From contig NW_027117350.1 in NCBI RefSeq assembly GCF_038025025.1, forward strand, positions 248,001 through 312,000: a stretch of DNA of 64,000 nucleotides, written 5' to 3'. Every line of letters starts with the position of its first letter. Within the stretch, counting starts at the first letter, position 1. The stretch comes from Phyllosticta citribraziliensis. Its lineage: Eukaryota. Under the pieces are notes generated by a model. The model had not been told where the DNA came from. It did not search any database and saw only the letters and a list, made by a program, of their open reading frames with translations. Of this stretch, positions 1 through 13,803 are shown piece after piece. The position numbers and the translations under genes are program-made.

Positions 1-1788
1 CGGCGAAGAAACCAACAACCGCGCCTGTTCGAGAAGAGCCCGAACCCGAACCTGCACCACCGAAAGCCACCAACGCTGCAAAACCCGCCCCGGCCAAGCC
101 CGCCCCAAGCGAGCCCGCAAAGAAGTCGAAGACCACAAAAAAGTCACTGGCCGCGATTGCACCTGCTGTAGCGGACGAGATTGAGCCAGGTCCGAAGAGG
201 CGGAGGTCGGCAAGGCTGTCCGGTGATAACGTCGCTCCAAATCAACCCCACCCTGTCGCAACGCCAGCTGCCGAAAAGCCCAAGAGGACCCGCAAGAGCG
301 CCGTTGAGAAGGGGGCGCAAACACCCAAAAGCCGTACGGAGGACGAAGAGGGCTTAGCTCTTGTGGGCGAAAACGGCGCGCAACCCCAATCGGACCAGCC
401 CAGCCGTGAGGGTACGAAAATTGCGCTTCCGTTCGCCGACACACCCATTATAAAACGGAACAAGGAGCTGCGGAAAGGTGGAGGTTCGGGGCACCGGCGG
501 AGTAGCACCGGTCTACGCGGTAGGCGGGCCAGCTCTCTAATTGACAGCGGCACTTCAAACGGTAAGCATCCTTTGCTCCAGGAGAGCCGAAAGTTGGATT
601 TTGTAACTCAGGATGCTAACGATGATCCAGCTGTCCCGCACGCCGAGGTGGCCACGGAGGAGTTTTACAAGCTCATCGAAGACAGCCTGCCTGAACCTCG
701 ACGAATGAAGCAATTGCTGGTATGGTGCGGAACAAGAGCTTTACCAGAAAAGCCGAGCGGCGATGTACAGGATTCGAGCGCCATCATGGCAGGTAAGTGG
801 CTTGGCGGGCTCTGTGCGGCTCAGCGGAGCGGGCCGCGGAGGCTAACTCGGAGTCGCAGCACGTGCAATACAACAAGAGCTCCTCAATGATTTTGCCAGC
901 AAGTCGGAAATGTCGAATTGGTTTGATCGCGAGGACGTCGAGCCAACTGCCATTGTCAAGAAGCCAAACCCACGGAACGAAGACAATGCTAAGAGGCTGG
1001 AAGAACTCGAGGCAGAGGTCAAGCGGTAAGTTGAGAAGTGACAACGACTGGGCGGCATGGATGCTGATTGGGGTAACAGATTGCAAGAAGAAAAGAAGTC
1101 TTGGGAAAAGCTTCTCAAGAAACCAGAAGCACTATCATCGCGAGATACGGAGACGTTGCCAGACGCGCCGCCTTCAGATCTTGCGCCGGGCAACAGCCTC
1201 GAGATCAACCCATCTTTGCTCGATCCAGAGCAAGCAAGCATACTTCAGCAACTCAAAGATCTCAGCCTGAACCTGAATCTCTCCGCCGACGCCGCATTAT
1301 CCTCGAAACCCGCCGCCTCAGCACCAGAACCTTCCACCTCCAAACCAGAATCACCAGACGAGCCTCCCGAAACAGCACCACCCACTGCTGCCGACCCAGC
1401 CCAACCATCGACCTCCTCGCAAGACCCATCATCAGCCTCGACTGCGCCGCAACCTACCACCTCGACAACCCCTGCGCCCTCCACACAACAACAATCTGAC
1501 ATCCATACCCGCCTGCGCACCATCGCTGTCTCCCTTCCTGCACAAGCCGACCTCTTCGCCGACGGCGTCCACAAGCTCGCCCAGTACCGTGCCGCTGCCG
1601 ACCGCGTCGCCGACGCCGTCCTCGCGTCCGCTGCGCAACGTCTCGAACAGCGCGACCGCGAGGCCCGGGAGCGCGCTGGCACGGCGGCCGTTGGAGGACT
1701 TGACGTTCTCAGGGGTTTGGCTGGTGTGCTCAGTGGAGGCACGGGCAATGGTCATGGGGACGGTGAAGGGGCTAGCGAGAAGAGATGA
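1..1788 (+). CDS. Kinetochore Mis12-complex subunit Dsn1/Mis13 (5'-truncated by window; introns ~562-630, 793-859, 1026-1079)
   Basis: Motifs IALPFADTPIIKRNKELRK, RRSSTGLRGRRASSLID and EFYKLIEDSLPEPRRMKQLLVWCGTRAL are typical of fungal Mis13/Dsn1. GTAAG donors, GCTAAC/CTGAT branch sites and CAG acceptors join the ORF fragments. Confidence 0.85.
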
Positions 1789-2856
1789 GAAGAGGTGACA
1801 AGAATGAGACGTGTTTGTTTGACCCTGTCGAGCTCTTGCTCTCTGAGGCTCTGAGGCATCTGGGGTGTGCTCCGTTCAGCTGGCGCGGCTTTCGTGCACC
1901 CGACAAACCTCTAGGGAAAGACGACTTGTGATGAGACAGGAGCAACAAGAAGCCCTCCCCGCATCGCATCGCATCGCAGCATTCATTGATGCAGCCCTGA
2001 GCCATGTTGCTACGTTGGTAGAAGAGTCGGCCGCAGCTTCCCTCCCCCGACAGACATCTGCATACCTTATGCACGCATGTAAAAGAGTTTTTTCTTCTTG
2101 TACAGAACGGCATAGTCCTAGTCGGACAGAGAGAGCAGAGCAGAGCAGGACGACAGTGCCTCGAAATGGCATGGCACGGCATGAGGTGAGAAAGGAGGAC
2201 AGACGTACGGACGGACGGTCACAGACAGAAAGACAGAAGCCGGGCAGACCAGAATGCCAAATGGAATGAATCAAGGCTGGACAGCGAGCGGGTCCGACGA
2301 AGCCTTTTGCAAGCAAGCAGGCACGCATCAACATGCAAGTGACTTGAAATGTTCTTTATTTGGGTGAGTTTTGTCATTACATGATGGTCATCACCCTCTG
2401 GCCATCGCAACCACACCGGGCGCGCATATGCATGGCCTGAACGCCTTCCTGCCTCCCCTTTTCTACTCTGTTCAGCCGCCGATGGTAACCTCTGCAGATA
2501 TACGCAGGCGACTCCGATGGTGGAAAGCGGCCTTTGTCCTGCGAGGATGGATGGGGAGAGGCGCTATGGAGCGTCTATAGGTGGCCGAATGGGTGCCATG
2601 CGTGAGGTGTTGGCTTGCTCATTACGCTCCTTATTTCCCTTCGTGCTTCTTCCCAATGCTTTTTTCTCCCGCTTGTCTTTCATCCTGCTGATTCCAAACA
2701 CGATTTATACACAGCAAGCGCGCATGCATGCGTGCGTGCCCTCCCTGTTCTTCCTCTGCCTGTTTTATCCTCTGTGGGCCAATCTCGCCACTGTTCCCGA
2801 CTGTCTTTTGCGACCCTGATGCTCCTTCAAGATCAATCGTTATGACCGCACGCATC

Positions 2857-3678
2857 TCATTTCTTGCCCTTTTTCTTCCTCTTACCACCGCCACCGCCAC
2901 CTTGCGACGGCTTCGCCTCGACTTTGGCGTCCGGATTCGGTGTGCTCGTGCCAGTGCCCTGCTCAGCGGGGGCATCGAGCATGGGAACATCTGCCAGAGC
3001 AAAGAAACCACGCGTCAGCTTCCTATCTGATCAAACAACCGTGACGCGAAACCAAATCAAATACACCACCAACAACCACACACGTATACACAACGCAGGA
3101 GCAACTCACCATCCGGCTTGTCAGGCAACGCGGCCATCGTCCGCGCCAACTTCTCCAAACTGGCAACCAAGCGGCCCACCTCGGCCGCCTTGTTCGTCTT
3201 GTACTTGAGACACACGCCGCTGGCCGGGTCGTACGTCTTGATGACGAGGACGGCCTTGGGGCGGTCGGGCTGCGCGGGCTGCTGGCGGCGGTCCTGGACG
3301 GCGGCGGCTTCGGTCGCGGCGCTGTCCTTGTCGGCATCATTTGCCGATGTGGATCCCGCTGCTGCCTTTTCGGCTGCCTTGTCGCGCCGCTTGATTTGCT
3401 TGCCTTCGTGCCGTTGCAGGATCGAGTACTTGGTTACGATGCGTGCCTGCTGTACTTGGTTAGTCGGTGGGTGGACTCTTCTGGCGACAGTGGAGTGCTG
3501 CCGTCCACTGGCGAGCGGGCTTTGCGCGTCGATTCGCCGCTGCCCGGTGCCGTGCGGAAGTGGTGAGGTGATGGTGGTGGTGTTGGTGGAGGTGGTGTTT
3601 GCGCACGGTTGTTGGTCGCGCTTTCAGCAGCAGCGCGGATTGCTCGAGCCATTCGGCCGAGCTCTCGAAGAACGGCAT
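2857..3678 (-). CDS. Signal recognition particle SRP9/SRP21-family protein (3 exons)
   Basis: Spliced translation MPFFESSAEWLEQSALLLKARPTT / ARIVTKYS...AVLVIKTYDPASGVCLKYKTNKAAEVGRL / ...GGGKRKKKGKK* matches the SRP9/21 pattern with a basic C-terminal tail. Confidence 0.85.
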
Positions 3679-6600
3679 CGGTGGATGGGCGTGGATCGTA
3701 GACGGGGTGAGGCGGTCGTGGAAACGTTGTTTGGTGGTGGTGACAGCTTAAGTTCCCCGAGCGTGGTTGTGGGTTGGCGTTGGCGTGGAGGGGACCGACC
3801 GGCCGGCTGATGGTCCTTCCTTGCGGGGGACCGAGAGCGGCGATTGGTCGGAGATGAGATGTACACCTACTCCATTTTCTCGCTTCCGCCGCCTTCTTGA
3901 CCTGAACTTCACAACTGTCCTGCAGCGCTGTCTGCATCGGCAATCTTTGTTTCGTGTCTCGTATTTCTGTTCTGGCTACGTTGCATGAGCTGTATCGAAG
4001 GCTTTCTGTCGTCTCGTCGCCATCTACACACGAAAACCGAAGTCACAGTGCAGCCTCAAATCATGCCGCTGAGTTTCCTGCCGTCTTCAGCATCAGGATC
4101 CCCTGCTTTGCCGCATTGCTTGACCCACCAGTCAAGCATCAAGCCCAGAAGATGAAGAGCGAGGAAATTCTTGAAATCGGTGCCTGCATGCTTTGAGCGA
4201 ATGACTGAAGTGCAGCATGGTCCTCCGCCTTTTCCATTTTTATTCCCACCTCGTTGCAAACGACCGCGAAAAGCACCATCTGATTCGCTTACTTCTACAA
4301 AGCTCTCTGCTTCAACAACCCATCCAAACAGCTCAAGTGCGTTTGAATGGCCTGTCTACACCAAACTTGGCACCGACTGGAGGCGAAAGGGACACGGTCT
4401 TCGACCTGTGCTTAGCATCCACCACACTGACACTTCTCCGTTACCTCGCAACAAGTGGATGGTAAATGGCTGCGCCAATGGCTGCGCCAGATCTAGCCAG
4501 GACCATGCCGCACTATACCACTACAGGCTGAAGCTTCTCAACAACAAAACAACAGTCCGGCAGTCTGTCAGTCTGCCGCACTCCTGCTGCGCCACTACCG
4601 CAGACGCCCTGGCCTCCCAGCCAGTGGCAGAGCGACACTGTCGTTCCTAGCCAAGCGCGTGCTCAGTGGCTGGAAGAGCGCAAAGCGGCTGGCCGGCTGG
4701 CTCGCGGACGGGACGGGCAGGCGGGCTGGCACACCCATGAAGACATGCATAAATATAAACGTCGAGTTTAGACTTGCATACACGAAGCATTCGACCGCCG
4801 TTTCCCTGCCGTCTTGTCCACCTCGCCTCGGTAGCCTGTTGCAAGCCGACCTCTGCAAGTGAGTACTTTTTGTACACAATCCAAGCCACAGCCGTTTGCG
4901 CCCCTCGAGCAGTCTCCTTAGCGGCGACGGGCACGCATTCGCGAAGCGTTCGAGATTGAAAGAAACCAACGCCAGCGCCGGCACCGGCCGACGCGAACGA
5001 TCTCGCAAACGCGTCGCAGCAGCAAACCTAAGCCGGCGCGTGGTACACCGCGGACTGCCAACTACCTGTCCTACCCTACAAGCTACAGCACTAGCCTCCT
5101 TTCAACTCCTGGCCCTCGTCCATTTAGCCCACGCGCCGTCGCAGCAACGTAGGGGATCCATGCCCAAATAACCCGCGACAATTGGATGAGCGCGAGATAA
5201 AAGTAAGGAGATCCCCAGTCGGGCCGCGGGGGCGGGGCGCAGAGTTTAAAGCAATCAGGCAAAAGGACGCGCCCGCTGCAGAAAGCGGAGGAAAGGAGAG
5301 AAAAGGCAAAAAAATAGAGATGTTGGGGTAAAGTTAGAGTTGAGTTTGTTCGGACGTCATTGCTACGACGTGGCGTGCGCTATCACCTGCGGTTTGCCTA
5401 TGCTGCAGATGGTATTATTCTCAGTTGGGATGAGGGAGTGAAGGAGATCTCAGCATGGTATTAACCAAATCAACAGCCGAAGTCACCGCTCACAACCCCT
5501 GCTGGAGACCCGTAGCGACAAAGATCAAAACACCCCCTCCCTCAGCAGGACTAGTACCACTTTCAACCACATTATCCATCCGCCCGCCCGCCTGCCAACC
5601 TACCTACCCACCTAAACAGGCCGACCACCGTAGCAGGCAAAGCAGCCCTCCGTTAGCAACTCACACACCATCTTTCACCATGTACGCATGCAGAGCGGAG
5701 CGCCTATGCCGTGCCCACGCATTTCATGTAGGCATGCAGCCATGCAGCCATGCACGCTCTAGAAACCTCGAAGAAGCTGCAACGCTCTCCTTTTCTCTTT
5801 GTGCTCGACTAAGTGCCCTGTCTGCCCTATCCCTCCCCCCTCACTTCATGAGAAATTAAATTATCTTTGTCGAACTTATCCACTTGCTTGCCCTATGGAT
5901 AAAAGCGCTGCAAAATACAATAGCGAAACACTTCTTCCGCTTTATTAGGTACCAGGCAAGCAGATCTTATTACCAAACACACAGATTACCAAGCGAACAA
6001 GATCCCCCATGAAGCCAGCCATAACAAAAGCATCAGTCGGCAAACCTGCCCTCCTCTCCCTTCCTCCCCGTCCCCCTCGCCTCCCCCATCGTCTAAAAAC
6101 ACACTACTAACCATCTAGCCCACCAGCACTAAGCTAGAGCGTTGACGACGGCGGCGGCGGCGCTGCTGCATTAGCAGCGGGAACCACTCTAGGTGCGTTC
6201 ATGCGACACCGAACACACCGGCTGCACTAGCACTTTTTTTTTTTTTTTTTCTCCGTCTCTGTTTTTTCTCATTTTGTGCCTTTCTTTTCTTTGCGCGCGC
6301 GTGTTGTCCTACCACACCACCACACCACACCACCTCATCCGCCTTTCTCGCTCGCTCGCTCGCTCGCTCGTATCCGTGTTGCGCGCGCTAGTTACCTGCC
6401 ACAGCAGATGAGCAGGAACACGAAGAGACACATGGCACGCGGCAAAGCGAGCGTACATGCGTGCGTGAACAACTGCTGCGAAACGGTTGCATGTGACAAT
6501 GGCAAACATCGACCAACAGCGAGTGCAACTTGATAATCACGCAGTTTGCTCAATCCAAGTCTGTTTGATTTGTTGATTCTTTGATTGATTGGTATTAGAA

Positions 6601-6798
6601 GTATTTACGGGAGGGGGAGGGCGAGCAAGGTCGTGGTACTCGTACAGTGAAGGGAATAGTAACATGATGCATCGTAGAAGAAGAAAAGGGAAACTGTTGG
6701 TTTGGATATCTTGGCTTCTCCCATGCTGTGTGATCAACTACTTTCAAGAAGCACCACAACGAAAAAGGAAACAAAGGCTACCTGCTGCTCTGCGTCTC

Positions 6799-8572
6799 TC
6801 ATACCTTCTCCGCCGCCTCCTCAACCCTGACCGGGCTGTGCTCGTCGCTTATCTTCTCGGCGGCACCAATCTCGCCCGTCTCCAGGGCCGTGGCGCGGGC
6901 AATGCTCGCCTGCGTCTTCCAGGCCGGGATGCCAATGTACTTGATGCCGTTGACCTCGTCGGTGAAGATGGCCTCAATCTCTTCCAGAGGCTTGCCTGCC
7001 GTCTCGGGGAACATGAAGAAGACGTGGAAGAACATGGCTGCGCAGAAGACGGCGAAGATGAGGTACGTCTTCCACTGGATGTTGACAAACGCCGGGGGAA
7101 CAAAGTAGGCGAGGGCAAAGTTGAAGATCCAGTTGGCCGAGGTGGCGAGGGCCACGGCCTTGCCACGAACGCGGAGAGGAAACAACTCAGGCGGGTAAAT
7201 CCTAAAGACTTATTAGCGCGTGTAATCGGCAAGGTGCGTGAAGTGTCGACTAACCAAGAGACGGGACCCCAGGTAGGAGCGTAGGATGCGACAAAGAGAT
7301 ACGAGCAAGCAATGATGGCCTTGGATGCAGCGCCTTCGACTTCCCAAGAAGCCTCCTTGATGCCATTGACACCACCGGGGGGAGCAGCGTGGCCGTAGTT
7401 GGCGAGAATGCCGGCGTTGGCGAACAGCCAGGTCATCATGAGCGCGGCGCCGATGAGCAGCGTTGGGCGACGGCCCCAGCGGTCGACGTAGAGCAGCGCC
7501 GGAATGGTCATGACCACGTTGATGACGTACTGGATGGACGAGGAGACGAGCAGCGTATCATCGAGACCAGCCATGGTGAAGACGTAGGAAACTGCAAAGA
7601 CTGTTAGCGTTGCACTCGGACAAGAGGGTGGGGCTTTTCGTACTGTAGTACATCATGACGTTCATGCCAGTCAGCTGCGACCAGACCTGGGTCATGATGC
7701 CAATGTGGGTGCGGTTGATCATCTGGGGCTTGAGCAACTCCCAGTAGGTGACGTCGGCGTTGTTGCGCTCCCACTCGACAGTGTTTTTGATTTCCTCAAA
7801 CTCGGTCATGACGAAGCGGCTGTTGGGGTCGCCCTTGCCGTGGACCAAGACGAGGACGTTGCGGCACTCCTCCCAGCGGTCCTTGCGGGCAAGCCAACGA
7901 GGGGACTCGGGAAGGAAGATCATGCCGACGAAGAGCAGAATGGCCGGAATAGACTGAAGTGCCCACGGGATGCGGAAGGCGGCAGTGCCACTGATGAACG
8001 AGGTTCCGTAGGAAATGTAGAACATGATGAGGATACCCCAGGTGATGGCCCACTGCTGGGAACCAACGACACGACCACGCTTGCTGGGCGGGGCCAGCTC
8101 GGAAATGTAGACGGGGACTTGGGCAGAGCAGATGCCGACGCAGAGGCCGTTGATGAAGCGGCTGAGGACCAGCATGCCAATGTTTTGGGAGGCGGCCATG
8201 AGAATGCAGCCAACGCACCAGATGATTGTGCCAATCATGATGGCCTTTTTGCGGCCGAGATTGTCAGAGAGGAAACCTGGGCAAGTGATGTCAGCGCGAG
8301 AGGTCCGTGACAGAAGGTTTGGAGGTGAAATTACCAGAGATGATGGCGCCGAGGTAGGAGCCGCCAGGCATAGCGGCAGTGATGCCGCCCTGGACGTCTG
8401 AATTGGGACCGGCACATTTGCCCTGGTCATTGATTCCGCCCTGGTTGAAGTAGCAGAGGTACTGCTGGGTCGAGATGATGGCCGACATGGACGAAATGTC
8501 GAAGCCAAACAGACCACCGCCGACGACGGCGATGGCCGTGATGAAGTAGATGTTGCTGATGTAGTACGGCAT
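6799..8572 (-). CDS. MFS sugar porter, high-affinity glucose transporter (HGT1-like); introns ~8277-8334, 7592-7643, 7202-7254
   Basis: Sugar-porter motifs GGLFGFDISSMS, SDNLGRK, VPVYISELAPPSKRG, PESPRWL, QLTGMNVMMYY, DRWGRR and PETAGKPLEEI. Confidence 0.93.
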
Positions 8573-8826
8573 GATGGGCAGCCGAGAGTGGGAATTGATT
8601 GCTCAATCAATTGCAGCCCCGAGGAAGTTGGCAGTGTTGTGGTGTTGGCGGGGGACGGCGGCGGTCAAGGAAAGGCGATGGGGAGTCGGGGGCATTTAAA
8701 AAGAAGGCGCTTGGCCATGGATGGCAGGCGTCAAAGGATTGGCCCCGGCCGTCTGTAACGTCGTCAGGTCCGTCCTGGTCGCGTAGCCGTACTGTAGGTC
8801 CTCACATGACGAGTCAGCCAGTTGGC

Positions 8827-8897
8827 CCCCGGTCCCCGGTCCCCCCCCAGATTTGGCCAGTTGCTTTCGGCTGGGGGCTAGGGCGGAGAAGCTGGGG
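8827..8897. promoter_or_regulatory. Cluster of six SYGGRG (CreA/Mig1-type) motifs upstream of the glucose transporter
   Basis: ccccgg 8827 and 8834, ccccag 8845 (minus-strand SYGGRG); ctgggg 8871, gcggag 8883, ctgggg 8892; about 250-325 bp upstream of the ATG. Confidence 0.5.
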
Positions 8898-11800
8898 TAC
8901 CTATGGGTCGACGCACAACCACCACCACCACACACTACCACGCGAGGCCCGCCCGCCGACTTTAGCCAAAGCACCCGACCGCAGAATTTTCCTACCAGTC
9001 CTCCTCATTCCCGCTTTCGCATCAAGCCCCGTCCACTGCTCCAATCACCGTCACAGCCGCCGCCGCACAGGGCGCCGCGGCCGCCGCGTCTACGACATCC
9101 TTCGTGCCACTCGAACAAAGGAAACACGACATGCCGTGCTCCCGGGGATGCTTGTCCGTCAGCTGCCCGTCCGCGTTCGTGCCATGCTGCTGGGCGACGG
9201 TGCGAGCAGTGACAGAGGCTCGGAACACCCTTCCCCGCGGGGGACGCAGCCCAACGCAGCCCTGCTGTCGCGCGACCTACCTTGGTTCTTGGAAGACACC
9301 AGGTTTTTTCGCCGCCAGCGCCAGCAAGCCGTCGTCTGCCCCGGCCGGCGGGAGCCCATGGCCTGCACTGTACGGTCCAAACGACGGCGAAGCTCACGAC
9401 TCGGCGCGCCCGTTCGACGCCGCACCGCACCGCGGCAGCATGAACGCCACGCCCGACGCAAGTCCGATGAGGAGCTTTCTTTTTCCACACATGGCAATCC
9501 CGACGCATGGCCATTGTGGAATGCTTCGAGTCAGCTCAGCTGGGCCCAGACGTCCAATCGCAGCCGCCACCTCAGCAGAGGACAAGGCACGTCAGCTGTC
9601 AGGTGCCGCTCAGAGTTTCGCCAACTGCGGCCTTGGTCCCCGAATACAACGCTTCCCCATCGTCTGTTGCTGCGGCTGAGCCTCGTCTTCTGGGTGACTT
9701 TGGCACTGCGCATTCCGCAAGCAACCATGATGCAACGTCGGTCTTGGATGCACCGAACTTCGAGACGAGCAACCGTCGGGACCTCGACACGGCACCTCTG
9801 CGGCCATGGAACTGTGGAGAACTGACAGTGGGTCCAGCGGCATTTGCCTCGACCGCATATTCGCATTCCATCGGATCCCAATGCGACCGGCACGCCAATT
9901 GCCGGCCTTGCAAATGATGGGAGGTGTGGCCATGGGCATGCGGGTCAGCAACTCGACAGGCAGGCGCCCCGTTTGCGGCGAGGACGCCGTTTTCGCCGAA
10001 GGAAGGCCTACACCAGTCCAGTCGAGCCGCCCTACCCCGGATTTTGCCCCTCGCTTAGCGCCTCCACGGGGCCCCGCCGCCCATCACTGCTCACTACCAC
10101 ACCACCTCGCAACACTCTCTCCACGACACCCAGCCATTGCGCCCGCCATCAATAATTCCTCCAAACACCCTCCTCATCTCTCCTGACCGACACACTGACT
10201 GACCGCAGCCCCTTTCTCCGCACGGCCCCTCCCAGCGAAACAAAACGCCTGCCGATGCGCTCCGACATCCCTGACGTGCGACTGCTCCTGTGACGTTCAG
10301 TCGTTCCGTTTCATCCAAATTTCTGCGGCGATCCCCTTGACAAGCGGTCCGGCTACCGCTCCCGAATGCTGGGCGAGCTGCCGTGGTTGTGACCACCAGC
10401 CACGATGCCCCTTGCTGCTGCCCTCGTCCAGCCGCACGCCGACTAATTGGCTTCGGGAACGGCAGTGCCTCCGAGGTGTCAACACGCTGCGCGTTGGCAT
10501 TGCTTGCGTCCAGTCCACTGTGCAAACCGTTGGCCGCCCCTCATCATTGGCATTGCTTGTCTAGCTCGCCTGCATGCCATTGCTGATCCTCTCAACCCGC
10601 GTGACTGGCCAGGCCAAGGCCCAATCCACGTGTTGCCTGGATGACCAGCTTCATCTTCGTCACTTGCGGCCTGAGGAGCTAGAATGCGCTAGTGACACAT
10701 CCTGCCGTTGCCTCGTTGCAGTGTCCGTGAACATTCTCCGATCTCGATATGTGACTTGTGCACCACTTCTCAGCTCTCCATCCAAATCGCCTTCGAGTCG
10801 AATCAAGAGTCTGCCAAGTCGCATGACGCTGTCGTATCCCAGCGTCAGATCAAGATCCAGGCCCACTCGGACCGCTGTAGGCGTCAGTTACCTTTCGGGC
10901 GGGAGCAGCCAAGCAACGACAGGGACCAACGGCCGGCCGGCGTCTCCGCCCGGCACAATGCGGCTGCCTCTCCCACATGAATGGACCGGATCGCTGCAGG
11001 CGTTGCAATATCCCGGGTCGGCCCCGTCGAGATCTGCAGTCGATTCGCCGTCTTGCTTCGAGCATCCCTGACAACTGTTGTTCTAGAAGAGAGCAACAGG
11101 TCGAGCCAATGCGAACCCCCCCGCAAGCTGGAATGTCACGCCTGATGCATGGATTTTGCCGCGAAACAGAGACTGGACGAGGGTTGCACTGTCAAGTCAT
11201 CGAGTAAGTTGAGACAATCTAGACTGTGTGGCGCGTAGATAGGTCTAGCGCCAAAGACCACGTTGTGATGCCCCTGTCTCTACAGCATGTAAGCCAGGTA
11301 GAGAGGGCAGCGAAACCACCGTGAGCCAGTCCAGAAGCTGATCCAGTCGAGAAGGATTTACTTACTGCGGCAAGGAATACAAATCTTTCCGGAGGAATGG
11401 CTACTATGCCTCAAGTTGACTCTATCAAAGGTTATCAGACCAGCCGGAAACACGCAGGGCAGCAAGAATCAGGACCTCTCCAGCCCTACAACACCCTGCT
11501 ATCATCATGTACAATCCGTTCAAGTACTCGTGATTCCACGGGCCCCCCACTACTACCCACGACACCCCACATTCCCACATCCCCGCGATCCAAGCCCACG
11601 GCACCGACTGGATGGCTCTCGGGACCGGCCCGTCGTCCAGTGACTCCGGATGATCCGCTGTCGTCATTGAGGCTGCGGACTGGTGGTTGGCTTCTGCTAC
11701 AAAGAGGCTGCTCTTTGTTCCCACATGCCGCGGTACATTTGCCCCGTCGCAAATGACGAGGGGGCGCAAAGCCGCCATTGTTTGTGGAAGGCGTTTGCTT

Positions 11801-12283
11801 GGGACCGGGGCTTTCAAGCGTAGCCCCCTGTCGTGTGCTTGCAGAGGCGCTTATTTCGACACTTTCTCGATTGGATCAATCGGCCAGCTTCAAATCTGCA
11901 GTGGGCCAGAAATAAGGTAAGTCGAAATTGAAGAACGGGAATGCTGATGTTGAGCCGTAGGTTTTGCAGGAATTTTTTGGGCAGACTTGGATGGGCACCC
12001 TCAATGCAGAGGTCCCCAAGAGCTAATTGAGTCAAATGAAGAGGCCTGGCAAAGACGTGATGGATTCAAGAACATTCATTGCAGTTGATGATTGGCGAAG
12101 CCGACAGGGCCTCTCGCAACGTGAGTCATACAGTGGGTCCTGAATTCCAATCCACTACAGCCTAAAACCCGCACCTCAACAACATCTCGATTAAACCGTT
12201 TGCAACTCTTTCGGCCAATCAAGAAAGGTCGTTTCCTGGCACCATCATCGCCTAGTTGACGAGTTCGATCGACGTCAAAAGCG

Positions 12284-13261
12284 ATGGCGTCGACTCTCAC
12301 GGCCGAGCAGCTCGCCGTCTACTTTGACCGCATCGATTTCCCAGAGCATTACCGCCAGAACATCAAGCACGACTACGATTTTCTTGCGGTTCTTCAGGCC
12401 TATCACATCTGCGCAATCCCGTATGATAACCTTGGTCTGCATTACGCCCGAGACGCACATATCCCGCTCGATCTGCCTTCTCTCTTCGAAAAGTGCACCA
12501 AAAATGGCCGTGGTGGTTACTGCATGGAAAACAGCATCTTTTTCAACGCCGTCCTACGCAGCCTAGGCTTCTCTGCGTACCTCGCCGGTGCACGCGCGCG
12601 GCCGCGCGTCAATGGCGTGCCACAGGGGGACTTTACTGGATGGTGAGCTTGTATTGGTACCAGTCAAGAAGGCAAAAGAGAAAACAGCTGATCTGAAGTA
12701 AGGATGCACGTCGTCAACATAATCACACTCCCCAACGCTCCTGCCAAGTACATGATGGATGTCGGTTTCGGCGGTGACATGCCCACCAAGCCGCTCCCTC
12801 TGGAGTCTGGCCCATCCACTCTCAACATCGGCACGCAGGAGATCCGTCTGAACTACGCTCCGCTCCCCGTCTCTCTCAGCAACAACCCGGTCTGGATCTA
12901 CGAATACCGCAACGCGCCCTCGGACCCCTGGAACGCCGCCTTCTGCTTCACCGAAACCGAGTTCCTGATCCAGGACCTGGAAGTGTTGAACTTCCACACG
13001 AGCCGCGACCCGCGCTGCTTCCAGACGCGCATGGCGCTCGTCGTCAAGTTTCTGAGAGACGGTAATCATGTGTACGGCAAGAGCATGCTCGTGGATGGGG
13101 TGGTCAAGAGGAATGAGGGCGGCAAGACGAAAACGCTGTTTACGTGCGAGACGGAGAGCGAGCGCTTGGCTTGGCTGAAGAGTGAGTTTGGCATCGAGCT
13201 GACAGCCGACGAAGTCACTGGAATCAGGGGGCGTTTGACGGAGTTGAAGACGGGAAACTGA
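12284..13261 (+). CDS. Arylamine N-acetyltransferase (NAT family); intron 12643-12702
   Basis: IPYDNL, RGGYCMEN (catalytic Cys), W-MHVVNI (His) and MDVGFGG (Asp) form the NAT triad. Confidence 0.93.
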
Positions 13262-13368
13262 GACTGGAGCGTGAGAGGCCCTTGTATTTTTCATGGAGTG
13301 CTAACTCAGCAGGCTTCTCCTTGTACTCTTCCTTCCATATACCAATCCAAGCATTGTGCAAACCGCCT

Positions 13369-13803
13369 TCATTCACCTTTTTCGCACGTAATGTCGCTAG
13401 CACGACACTTCGGCCCCTCTTTGCCCAGCACAAACCCAATCGAATCGACGCCGCAATAGCACCCGTCATCCTCGATCCACGCCACCGTCTGGAACCCCGG
13501 GTGGCGCGAGCCGTCGGTCGTGTAGCGCTTGCACAGCAGGATGCAGTTTTTGAACGTCTCGTCCGCTGCTTTGCCTTTGTAGGGCTGTTCGCCGAGGTCG
13601 GAGATCTTGGTGCTGCCCTGGACAGCGAGACGCGTTGTGTTAGCAATGGATGTTGATGACGATTGGTATCGGTAGGAGAAGGGGAGACGCACGCTTGGGA
13701 ATTGACATTTCCCGTATTTGTTGCATGGGGGTTTAGGCGGCCCCGACGTCGCCGACACGAATGCGAAGAGGAGTGCGCAGAAGAGATGGATGAGCGCACG
13801 CAT
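13369..13803 (-). CDS. Small secreted cysteine-rich protein (candidate effector, WSC-like Cys spacing); intron 13618-13692
   Basis: Signal peptide MRALIHLFCALLFAFVSA; 75-nt GTGCGT..GCTAAC..CAG intron; 8 Cys in the mature part, including CILLC and GCYC. Confidence 0.7.
   Translation of the reverse strand: MRALIHLFCALLFAFVSATSGPPKPPCNKYGKCQFPSVRLPFSYRYQSSSTSIANTTRLAVQGSTKISDLGEQPYKGKAADETFKNCILLCKRYTTDGSRHPGFQTVAWIEDDGCYCGVDSIGFVLGKEGPKCRASDITCEKGE

Noticed and set aside
5400..5430. CTGAGAATAATACC (minus strand) resembling part of a TPP riboswitch
   Set aside because: The following GAACYTGATC...TAATRCCAGCG elements are missing and there is no thiamine gene adjacent.
8599..9825. 408-aa ORF upstream of the sugar transporter
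   Set aside because: TTG start, Arg/Pro/Ser-rich composition and no motifs; a chance ORF in a GC-rich promoter.
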